64,000 nucleotides of DNA. It comes from Ptychomitrium polyphyllum. Taxonomy: Eukaryota. The notes under the pieces are model-generated. The model was not told the DNA's origin and did no database searches. It saw only the letters and a program-made list of their open reading frames with translations. How positions within the stretch are numbered: position 1 is the stretch's first letter; each line of letters begins with the position of its first letter. The translations under genes were made by a program, and so were the position numbers. Positions 10,983-22,239 of this stretch are shown one piece after another. The stretch is from positions 3,162,001 through 3,226,000 of the forward strand of contig OZ316776.1 of NCBI GenBank assembly GCA_973851085.1, read 5' to 3'.

Positions 10983-13126
10983 CACATGATGTCGAGTGAC
11001 TAGAGGTTTCGTGTTTCCCTAACTTAATGTTGGTAGTACTTCCAGCAGTTCGAGTCGGCTCTCGTTCAGCGGTAACTTTGTAGACTACTACGTAGTAGGC
11101 CGATATCAACTGATACAAAGTTGCCTGTTTTCAACATTATTTGAATTTGATCAGCAGTGAATGGCACAACAGTACTGGTAAGAAAAGTTTGGAGACAGAA
11201 CTGCTCGATACCCAAATTAAGTACTGTAGATCTAAAACTTTTAATTTATGACCTCATCGCACGTCGTCACTGTAATTTCTTAATGATGCTCCTGATCACA
11301 CACCAAGACCGCTATGCGACGTGAAAAATGTATTCTTTCAGAATCTTCGTGGCAATACTCTATCCAACCTGTAAGACGCTGTCCTCTTGCTTTCCCTGAA
11401 GTTTTCACATGTAAGAGATTGTGGTCGTACGTGCATCATAGCAACTGGTCCATCGCCCAAAAGCCGAAGTTTCTGCTAGGACCTTTTCTAAATATACGTG
11501 ATTTTAGTTCTGTGTCGAACCTTCTGTATATTCAGTACATTCTGTATATTCGGTATATTCTTTGAAGACGCCCACGGTCAGCATACGAGAAATTATTTGG
11601 AAAATTTTGGGAGGATCCTTTGTTAGGCATAACGAACCGCTTGTCCACAAATACGTCTTGGTTGTTCTTTGACGTATGGTTTCATTATGTTATTGTCATA
11701 TCATTTAGTTGGCATCTAAGAGCCGCCTCGCTTGTAAGAAGCTGCCAGTTCTAGGAGTTCATTGTTCCCGGTCCACCCAGCTTACGGCTGACCACAACAC
11801 AAAAGCCTGAGATTGAAATATTCTTTTTGTCTATAAACAATCATAACTCACCAACATTGAATCGTTTAATCCTGGACCGCCACGTATAACGGCTAAGACA
11901 ACGCATAGTACAGGACAAGATGTAGACTACCTGCTCGACAAATAAGTTGAACACCTAAAAGTATTTCTATGAGTTTTCGACATGATCGAGTTTGGACGCT
12001 ATTCCCAAAGTTCGAACATTTGTCACATCTTTGAGAGTAACACCTGGAAGCTATTGGACACCAGTACCTCAGGTTGCTCGTTCCGCGGTAGCCATGGCAA
12101 GTCTATGTAGGTGTGAACTTTGTGCTGGCAGATGCCTGGCACTTTTGAATCTTCCTCACATCCTGCGCTATGCGAATCCTGGCCTTCAAAGCGCTCTAAC
12201 TTAGCACGCCTGTTTTTGTATGGTTCCAGATTTGCCGTCAGCCTGCCACTCCATCGATTTGTTCTGCTTCCCATTCTGTTTGCGAGGGTTTTGTCGCGTC
12301 TGTCTTCAATTTCTTTGGACATTTGTGCGTCGCAAGGGAAAGGATAACTGTAATTGTGGTGTCGGACGTTGAAGCTGAGGGCAACTTTTTCGGATTTCAT
12401 CTCTCGCAGATCGAGGTATGTAGGTTTATAATATTCGCAAGGTCTCCTGCTTTGATTTCTTTTATTCGCCAAGATGATTTGTTCAGGAGCAATGGCTTAT
12501 TTCTTTTGTAGAGCACAGACACAGTTTTGACTCCGGACTCGTCTCCTTTCATGAGCCCTTACATCAGGAGGGAAGTTTGATTTTAAGTTTCAAGAAGACT
12601 GGCTTACATGTTGAACATGTTCATATGAGATGGACGTATTCGTGATGTAGAAGAATACAGCCAGATCATATGGAACGAATTCATCGATTAAGGAGTGCCG
12701 AACAATCCTTTCGTGAATATGCATATTGCACTCGTTTACTGTGTTTTTGTATTCGTATAGGAATTGGTCTATGGGAGTTGAGAAAGCTGTAGAGAATGCT
12801 CATGTGATGCAGAGGAACTGTTACGTTTTGAGTCCGAGTAGAGGCAATTACTTATGTTTCGATTTCCATGAGATCGCAGCTGCCTCCCATCGGAAGCCAA
12901 TTCTCCCTAGGAGTCATCCTAGCATTCTCAACTGATACGAAGGTGTCCGTAGCCTGCCAGTGGAGGAGCAGAGAGATACACAGGGCGGTGAGAGGAGTAG
13001 TCATATCCAATGTCTTTTTCATAGTAGAAACTTGCGTATCGGAGAAACCACAAAGATACAACGAGTAACGCACCTCCACTATTGCTCCTTGAGTTGATCA
13101 GTTGCAGCAACATCGTAACAGAAACC

Positions 13127-13154
13127 GGGATGCTACAGATGGGATGCTACAGAT
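13127..13154. repeat. 14-bp perfect tandem duplication
   Basis: GGGATGCTACAGAT x2. Confidence 0.85.
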
Positions 13155-13458
13155 CTAGAACTCCACACAACCATCACTGGTGGTTATTTGCCTAGGATTT
13201 CCTGTCTCAGAAACCATCTCTCTCTGTTTCGCTGTCTGTCTCCCTATGTGTCTCTCTCTCTCGCTCTCTTGCAGTTTTCGTGATAGTGTCAAGACGAAAA
13301 TCCATTACCACCCTCGGTGAGCTCAGTTACTGAAACGAAGAACCACTCATTCCCAAACACTCATCCTACATGACCACTAGAGTAATTAACTCACCTATTG
13401 CGGATTCTGCTTTCAGGTACCAATAACATAACCTAGCGACGACAGCAACAACCACAAC

Positions 13459-13896
13459 ATGGCAGGGAAGATCATCAAAGCCTCAACAGGCATACGCTTC
13501 GGCCTGGATCCCAAGGTGTACGAAGATGGCAAGCCGCACCCACACCCACAAACGGAAGACCTTGTCAACACGATCGGTTTCTCCTTTGTGCAAGAGCTCA
13601 TCCAGTACCTGAAAGGTCAGGAAGGCGAAGAAGCTATGGAGTACATCTTAAACAAGCAGAGTCGCGTGGTGGCCACCCTCGCCACCACGAAGGAAGCTCG
13701 CCAGGCGACTCGAGTGGCGGCACAGGAGTGCATCGTCGGGAGCTACGACGCGGTGCAGGCTAAATGGTTGGAGTTTTTCAACCAGCTGCCCAGTGTGGTG
13801 CCATACCTCGCAGTCGTGGCGGCCGCTTACGTCTTCCTGTTGGCGCTGGGATTCCTGCTCACCTGCTGGCGCTTCGCCTTCTACGGCCTCCACTGA
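13459..13896 (+). CDS. Hypothetical 145-aa protein with C-terminal hydrophobic (transmembrane-like) segment
   Basis: Intact ATG..TGA ORF in a good start context (CAACATGG) with C/G-rich third codon positions. An upstream CT-rich tract (~13215-13270) and a clean 5'UTR intron (GTGAG 13317 to TTTCAG 13416) precede it. C-terminus VVPYLAVVAAAYVFLLALGFLLTCW. No family recognised. Confidence 0.65.
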   Translation: MAGKIIKASTGIRFGLDPKVYEDGKPHPHPQTEDLVNTIGFSFVQELIQYLKGQEGEEAMEYILNKQSRVVATLATTKEARQATRVAAQECIVGSYDAVQAKWLEFFNQLPSVVPYLAVVAAAYVFLLALGFLLTCWRFAFYGLH

Positions 13897-15001
13897 AACA
13901 CCATAACAGCACCATAGCTCACATCACGATGTAAATGAGCCTGCCCTGCGCCATAGCTCGAACTATGATGAATTCTTTGCAGATTTTCCATTTTGGTCTT
14001 GCCATGCAGCTGATTCGAGATTGTTGGTGGTAACACTGATTAGAGTTCTTCAACTACTGTGATCGGACGTTGTGAGTCCATTTGAGGATATTGTGTGTAT
14101 GATTAACATTAATTGACAATGTGGGACCTTCGGTGTGGAGTCTCAACCTTTTGGTTGAATTTGTGAGATCAGCAGTGCAATCGGTGTGGATCAATGAGGA
14201 CCTTGATCTAGAAATCAGCTGAACGCCCCTATCATTATCCACTTTTATGTCGAAGATTAGTAAAAAGATTAGTAGAAAGAGGCAGACTTGTGTGTTGGAG
14301 ACGATGTATAGCAGAGAGACGAGAAATTTGAACAATGTTAGAGCTTTGATGTGCTAATCTCCAGATGTATTGCATGTTTCTTTGTTTTTGATTGAATTAG
14401 AGTTCTTGTAGATTATACAAGTCATCAGCACATGGCATGATACTTTCTGAACGTATCATGGTTTTTGGTCAATTCCGATCAGTCCTCCGTAGGTCACTTC
14501 ACAACAGGAAGATAGTTGGCACCTCTCCCCTCGTTCTGGATATGCAAAAATTCAGAGATGTTCTAGCCTGACGAGTGTGGAAAATTAAAAGCAGACCAAC
14601 TTTGGTACAATTGAAGATGAGTCACTCATGATGGCCTGATCGTCAAATGTTCAAGAACTACAGAGTTCACGAGACGCTGGCTGCGCCACAGAATTCCTTG
14701 GAACTGTGGTTCAGTGTTAGACTTGAGGCATATTTGAAGCAGTGGCAATATTTGAGTCTGCTGCACGAACAAAAGAACATGCGTGTTACAATCAACAGGA
14801 GCGGTAATGATATTGTAACATTGCTACGTTGCATGTTTAAAAGTTTTGCATGGATGAGATTTATTTCTCGGCAAGGTCCTGTGGGAGAGCTAACAGAACT
14901 TGTTTCCTCCAAAAGTGGACCGACAGTCTCCTTTTCTTTTTCATGCAACAGCTTTTCACATTTTGTCATCTAGCTCAAACATGGTCCTTTATGAGTGTGA
15001 T

Positions 15002-15027
15002 GGACGGACGGATGGGACGGACGGATG
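15002..15027. repeat. 13-bp tandem GGACGGACGGATG x2 (GACG microsatellite-like)
   Basis: Exact tandem copy at 15002-15014 and 15015-15027, just before the AT-rich island. Confidence 0.8.
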
Positions 15028-15059
15028 AACAAACAAGTCTGCCCTGATTAATGGGGTGG

Positions 15060-17550
15060 ATGACTATGTGTAAGAAAATTTATTTATAATTCAACTCATT
15101 ACCAATACCTTGTGATGTGGTAGAGGGAACTATACAACATTATCTTTCTACAAGTAAGCTAAATAGTCAAAATTTACATTTATATGGTTTAAAAATTTTA
15201 CACATTATTCCTAATTATTTTGGAGACTATTCCGTTTGGATTAGATATAGTCACCTTTTGTACTTATAGCAACTCTCTTTATAACAACGATGTTGTCACC
15301 TCGTACTTCGTTGAGTTTAAAATCATCTTTAAATTCATCTTTTCTCTTGTCATTTCATTATCACCACTAAATACATGCTACTCCCAACAAAAAAGTGTCA
15401 TTTGAGTTTGTCATAACTATACGTTTAATCTTTCTTCTTTTTGAAATGTTTGTTATTCCATTAACAAAAATTCCACATCATACATGATTAAAGAATGGTT
15501 CTTATTGCATGGTCCAAGAATGGTTCTTATTGCATGGAAAAACATAATCTAAGAATGGTTTTTAATTGATGGATTAACATCTGATTGAATAATATTGAAT
15601 AATATGTCACTAAGAAATAGTACTTCCAACATGGTTGATTAATTAGTTTTATTGCTATAAATAAGTTTCTTTTGTTGCCACAACTAAAGCCTTTTTTTTG
15701 CTTTGCTTGGCTTCAATCTTACTAAGTACTAAAGTTTGAAGAACCTTAAGCCATCTTTCTATGTTGTTTCTATCCACTAAAGTGTTCCTTTAGAGACTTA
15801 AAATTTGAAGAATTAAGGCTATAAAGGGCTATAAAAAGGATTATAAAGGTCTATAAAATTTATAATCTTACTTCCATCTATTTATGCACTCAAGAAGCTA
15901 GAAGGTGTTAATGAAATTGCGAGTATGTGAAAAATGGCTTGGACAGAATTTCTACAAAAATTTTGCAAACTTTGTACCTTGGATTAATTATTTTTAGAAC
16001 TTCTTTGTTTAATACTTCCAAAAAGTTGAAGCACTTGCCAAAAGCGTTTAGAAACTCGCTATAAGGTACAAGTTGTAAGGTGTTGCAAAGCATTTGTAAG
16101 GTTCTACAAGCTTGATGATGTTAGTGTTGAAATTAGCTTCAAAATATGCCACTTGAAGTATTAAATTTCAAATATTTGAGCTTAAAAGTAGCATCTTTTC
16201 ATTCTCTAAGAGCTTCCTAAAATCACCTTGAAATTTCTTTAATTTAATGGTTTTGCACCTTAATACTTGTAAAGTTTTTTTTTTCACTTTGTATATATAA
16301 AATGCTAAAATAGGTATCTTAAAACTATATGGTATTGATAGATTTGTTGGAAGAATTTGGCCAACTTTAAAGGTTAAAAAGGAAGTTACTTTGAAGTTTA
16401 CCACTTGCCATAAAATGTAGAAGCTTTGATTGCTTCAAAGATACTTCAAAAATTCAACTTTAAGGAATTATAGAAGTTTAATTTAGTTGCCAAAAAAATT
16501 TATTTAAACTTACAAATTTTAGATTTGAAAGTTGTATGTTGTTTTATATACATCCTTGTTCTATAAGTTGTTTTTTGTTCAAGTAGACAATATATAAAAA
16601 GGATTTATTAGATGTTATTGTAACCTTTGGTGAAATTCATAAGACATCATAAAAAGATGTTTTAACAATTCTACCTCTTTTGACATTCTTTGACATGAAT
16701 CTATTATAAATTTTTTATTATTGTAATATTTTTTCTAGGTGAAATATGTCTCTTACTTAAATAAGATTGACAAAAATCTATTATGTTTAATACTAAATTT
16801 ACATATTTGAATTGATATGCTAAAGAAAAAGTATTTTGAATTGGCAAATTAGAAACATTTAAGATGTGAATATTAAAATATACATTAGGCCATTCCAATT
16901 AATTGTATAAATACAAGTTCCTATTTAATGATCAATTACCTTGTGGGAAATAAATTTGCTTAATGGAAACAATTATCTTCTAATGCCAATAAAACTAATA
17001 GCTTAGAATTTGGAGCTTGGAGTCTAAATATTTGGAACAACTATACTACTCTTCATCATCTCCTTACCAATCTTGTTTATTTCTCATACACAATTCAACA
17101 ACTAACATGTGTACCTAAACATTACACTTCACTTTTGTATAAGCTTTGCACCTCTATCAACTCTATTTGGTAACCATGGCAACCATTTTCATTGCCTATA
17201 AATACACTATCTTTCTTTGTATTATAGCATTCACATAATAAAGCAAAAATTATAAAATTTATAGAATCTTTACAATCCTTCATCATACACATGAATAAAA
17301 GATGCAACATTAGATTCTTTTTTCTTCAATTGATTGAAAAAGTGCAAGAAATTCAAAAAAGGTGATACTAATATAGACTTAATAGGTTTGAAATGATAAA
17401 ACCAAAGTAGCAAGTAGATAGTGTTTGAGTTCAATGTTGGATTTTTGAAGAAAAGATATTTGATCATGCTCTTTCTCTAAATATGCCTTCATATCCTAAA
17501 GTTTATACTATTTAAGCAAGTAGTATTTGTCAACTTAGCTTTTAAATGAA
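15060..17550. other. AT-rich, CG-depleted intergenic island (possible decayed gene/TE)
   Basis: Sharp composition change at ~15060 and ~17550. Only short stop-bounded ORFs, mostly on the minus strand. Confidence 0.65.
15491..15560. repeat. 22-bp direct repeat x2 plus partial third copy
   Basis: AAGAATGGTTCTTATTGCATGG at 15491-15512 and 15516-15537; AAGAATGGTT again at 15551-15560. Confidence 0.8.
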
Positions 17551-18739
17551 ATGTTTGAACTTAGGGGCAAACGATTCCCACCATCCCAATTTGACCTCAA
17601 ATATATCCTACCAAAATCACCATTATCTAGGCCAACAAACCAAAAAACTTATAGAAAGTCTTGGGTTTTGGTATAATGTAGGCTTTCTGGTAGAAGAGCT
17701 ATGCACACAAAGCGCTGATCTTCCCCTAAATTCCACCAGTTGAACTACCCTTGAAAAGCAACAAACTGAATCAGGTGTAGACATCATGTAATCTGCAAGC
17801 TTTGCCACCGAGGTTTAGGCCAGGAAGATGACCCATGAGCTCCTACATGAGGCAAAACAACAACACTGAAAACTTCGGTAAATGGCAACAACAACGTGCC
17901 ATCATGAGCAGGCATGCCGGTTATACCGACTGATACATCAAATAGCTGCAACAACTGCAACAGCAGAAAAACCCAAACTATCAGTGCATCTTCCTACGCG
18001 GTCAGGTCGAAGAATCTCAAGTTGGTTTCGGGTCTGTGAAGTTTTAGGGTTTGGGAGAAGGTAGAGATTGTCTTCTGCGTGAAAGTGAAACCAAAACCAC
18101 AACCAAAACCGAACTGAGACGCATGGCAGACGCACATCACAAATCTCAGTAGAAGTGAAGCCAGGAGCGGAACATGGAAGGACGTTGGAGAGACGATGGT
18201 CGAGTGACTACGTTTCTCAGAGCGCGCATCTAGAAGAATTTGCTCCACATGCTCTTCAGTCAGATCGAGAGGCAGCAACGGAGGCGCCCGAAGCAGAGGC
18301 CATCTTCACACTACAGACGCAGTCCGAGACGCCGAGATGAAGAGTCCTTTATGATTCCTGGGGTTGAAAGACGCTCGTCGGCACTGAGCAGCAACCATAG
18401 TGCTTCTTCTCTAACAAAGCTAGCTCATGTCGAGTGCACTGGTGGAAGATTCCTCGAGATCTGCAGCTGAGATTGAGAATTCGTGGATCAGACACGATGA
18501 TGGAGCAATTCAAGGTTCTACGCAATGTCAGTCGGCGTTTGATTTTGAGCGTTCGATCGCACAGGTGGTGGAGCTGAGGATGTTGGCAGCGATGGAGGCG
18601 GAGTGTGTGGCGGTGATGGAGGGTGAAGCGGTTCAAGTTCAGATTTGAAGGTGCTGTAAGTGAGAGGTTGAAGGTTGCGTCCAAGTTTTGGGCTTTCGAT
18701 CGGGAGCACAAGCAGAGAGACTGGTGGCGGTGTGGAGCG

Positions 18740-21700
18740 ATGGAGGCGGAGTGTGTGGTGTGTTTGCAGCTCTACGACGAAGGCGACCACGCGCCGCGCG
18801 TGCTGTCGTGCGGGCACTCCGTCTGCCACACCTGCGTTGCGGATATGCGGTCGCATTGGGGAGCCGGGAACACAATTGGAAGCCAGTTGGTGCGGTGTCC
18901 GGAGTGCAAGCAGCACACGAAGGTGCCGTTCCGAGGAATCGTGGGGATTCCGAAGAACATCGAGCTCATGAGGATGATTCAAGGCGGAGTTAGACCAATT
19001 ACAGGTGAATCTGAAGGAGCGAAGACGACGTCGCTCGTGCGCGAGAAGGAAAAGAGTCGTCCGAGGAGGCAGCGAGGAGAGGAGGAAGACTCTACAAAGC
19101 CCTGCCTCCTTTCGGAACCTGTCTTCGGGGAGCCCGTGATTTGGATACTGCCGCAGGCAGCGATCACGAGGAGGACGGGAATTGTTGGTGGGTTTTGCAT
19201 TGGGGAATTTTGCTGTGACAGGAAACGGCAATCGGTAAGCTTGCAGTTTTTCTCGAGAATTGATCTAAAGAGCAGGAGCAAAGGGTTGAAGTATACGGAG
19301 CTTGTCCGCTTGGGTTGGAATTCGTTACACGATGAGGTTCGGGGTAAACTGGCGCGTTTAGTTCTGCTGAGTTGCAGTTGTAGTTATTTCGCTGAGGTGG
19401 CTGGCTTGTGGATGTCCGAAGAGGGCTCGGTTTTTCTCGTTTCTAAGGTGTATGTTGAAGGAATTGAGCAGGCCAGGAGTTTATTCTTTCCTGGGAGCAG
19501 CTTGAGTTGTTGCACAGTGGAGGGAGAGGGCAGTTCATGTGGAAGTGAGAAGGAGGATGGTGTTGGCAGAAATCCTGAGAAAAATTTGATTAGGTTAGGG
19601 TTAGAGCTTTGTGAAATACTTCTGGAGGTTCATGCTGCTGAGGTTGTCATTGGCATACTTGGGATGGATTCTTTAGTTTTAGATTCATATGGTCACTTCC
19701 GGCTACACGTTGGGAATTGTGTGTTATGGAGGCGATTTGTTGGGGACGATTCTTCATGCTCAAAGCGGAATTCGAGTGTGAGTTCTTCAGGAGTGGGTAT
19801 GCTTGTGTTAAGGGAGATTGATAAAGCAACCAGTTCAAGTACACAGGCTCTTGATTCCAGTTATAAGTGCCTTAGTCCGGAGGTATTGGAAATCGTCAAG
19901 AAATTGGAAGATGGAGTTGCAAGCTCCTCATGTGGAAATGCCGATGAGGCAGAAACGGCAGCGGTAACTCAGAAGGCTGATGTCTGGTCGCTCGGATACA
20001 TTTTGCTGCAGCTCCTATCACAGCGTAAAATTCTTGAGCAAAATGAACGTTTCAAGGAGCACCTACTTAATTGCATGGCGAGTGTTCCAAGTGACAGACC
20101 TCGAGTGGTTGATGTGTGGTGCGAGCTCAAGGGTTTGCTCGAGGACCAGGCATTGAGCGTCGCATCTCATTTAAGAGAAGATTCTTTGGAGGACAAGCTA
20201 AACCTAGAGATATGTGAGGCTGGAAGCAAGATTGGCAAACGACATGCCGATAATTCCACAATTGACCCAGATACAGCTAGTGAAGCAAGTGTTGATGCCG
20301 TGGAAGATCCTCAGGCAGCTGCTCCAAGCCTGTTTAGAGCATTGATCGATGTCAACCAATGCAACGGTGAAGTGAAGACACTCCGAGGCCATATGGATAC
20401 GGTCTCATGTTTATCTGTCTGTGGTACGACGGTTTCTCACTTCTGCAAGATTTGTGTATCTTGTGTGGTTTTGGTACGGGGAATTTGGATTGAATCTGGC
20501 TGTAGCTTTTGAATTTTAGATCTACATAACGAGTTATCTTTCTGTATTGGTTCTTCTATGATAAGTACTTGCGAGCTGTGACATGAGGTTCACTGATGAG
20601 ACTATGATATCTTTTTTCCATGCAGGAAATTACTTGGTTAGTGCATCATTTGATAAGACTCTGCGTGTCTGGTCCCGCGATGTAAGTTCGACGTTATTCT
20701 GCCCTTAATATGGTCTCTTTATTGGGTTACAGATTGTTGCCACGTTGTTGGATTACGAAAGATCACCTGACTACAATAGTTTCACTCTTTACCAGTTGCA
20801 TATGATCCCACATAGGTTTCATTGGTGTCCTGGGTTTATACATTTACCAAGTGTATTGTCTTGTTGGTTTATGCGCTTATAATACTTGATCGAGAACAGG
20901 ACTATCGATTGATCCAGACCTTCAAAGGCCATGAACAGAGGATCACTGCGCTTGCTGTGCATGAAACGTCAGAAGTCTGCGTTAGTGGTGACTATGGGGG
21001 AACCATTTATGCATGGAATTTAGCCTCTACGGATAATTCAGTTCCTATGGCCACTTGGCAAGAGCATCAAGACTGGCGATATTCAGGAGTTGCTTCTCTT
21101 GCCATCTCTAGTGATGAATTGCTGTACAGTGGAAGCGGGGACAGGACAATCAAGGCATGGTCCACCCTGGTACTACACCCTTCTGCCTTACATTTAAACT
21201 TATGGCCATGGTAGTGAAATCGCTTGAATTATTAACACTTAATCGCTGCAACCAATGTGTACCACGGGATTACCAGGAAATTTATAGAGGTTGGAGGAGT
21301 ACTTAGCAGTTTGACCGATTTGTTTACAGGGATTCAAGCATGTTGCAACGATGGAAGGGCATAAGGGTGTGGTATCAGTGTTGATGGTGGAAGGACAGTT
21401 TCTTTTTAGTGGCAGTTGGGATGGCACGATCAGGTTATGGTGGCGTCCAGATCATAGTCCTTTGGTAAACTTTGGTGAAGGATCAAATGTACCTCTAGAT
21501 GGGATTCGTGCACTGGTGAAATGTCATGGCAATGACCTATTATTTTCAGGTCATGACTCTGGTGTCATTCAGGTGAGTAAATTTCAGTATTATTTGGCAA
21601 CTCATGTGCTGTTTTTTTTCGTAGTCTGAATTAATCAAGAAAGTATCTAACATCAGCTTTGTACTGGAACACTAAGTTTCATGATACTGAGCTGTTCTTC

Positions 21701-22239
21701 ACGATCACATCATTTAAACTTTGTATTGGAGCTGATATTTGCAAGATCTACGTACTCGAGAGTGAATCTTGTGTAAGAGTGCAGATATGGAAAGAGGAGG
21801 AATGTGTGGGGACCTTGAAAGCGCACACAGGAGTAGTCTCAGCACTTGCTGTCGACCAAGATTGGCTTTACAGTAGCAGTTGGGACGGCTTTGTCAAGGT
21901 CTTTTGTATTCTTCCTTTTTCTTAAATTTAATTAGAATTTAGGCACTTCAAAGCGTTGTTTGGTCTGTATCCTGTGCACAGGAAGATGAACGCGGAATGT
22001 ATCCTGTGCCGAAGAATGTGATGTGCAGCTTAAGATTTACTGGGCTTTTGACGAACGCTATCCGGACGTGATTTGCAATTTTGCAGGCATGGCCACTTGA
22101 GGGTGTATTGAGTGGAACTTCAAATCCGGTTGAGAGGAAATTCAACCAGGCAGCAGTAACAGCACTATGCTGCTCTGTACAAGACAAGCTATTCGTTGGT
22201 ATAAAGCAGGAAATTCAGATGTTCATGTCTTTTTCGTAA
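18740..22239 (+). CDS. RING-HC zinc finger + kinase-like (pseudokinase) + WD40-repeat protein (KEG-like N-terminus)
   Basis: Exons 18740-20423, 20626-20681, 20900-21169, 21330-21572, 21785-21898 and 22087-22239 join in frame. RING: CVVC...CGHSVCHTC...CPEC. Kinase C-lobe remnants: CLSPEV, KADVWSLG, RPRVVDVW. WD40 repeats: GHMDTVSCL, SASFDKTLRVW, GHEQRITAL, SGSGDRTIKAW, GHKGVVS, SGSWDGTIRLW, AHTGVVSAL, SSSWDGFVKAW. Confidence 0.88.

Noticed and set aside
15491..15560. Direct repeats that superficially resemble a CRISPR array
   Set aside because: Only two full copies, 3-nt and 13-nt gaps, a eukaryotic context and no cas genes. This is a simple local duplication.
17777..17791. 15-bp exact match (GTAGACATCATGTAA) with 57476-57490
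   Set aside because: One or two 15-mer matches are expected by chance in 64 kb, and the flanks do not extend the alignment.
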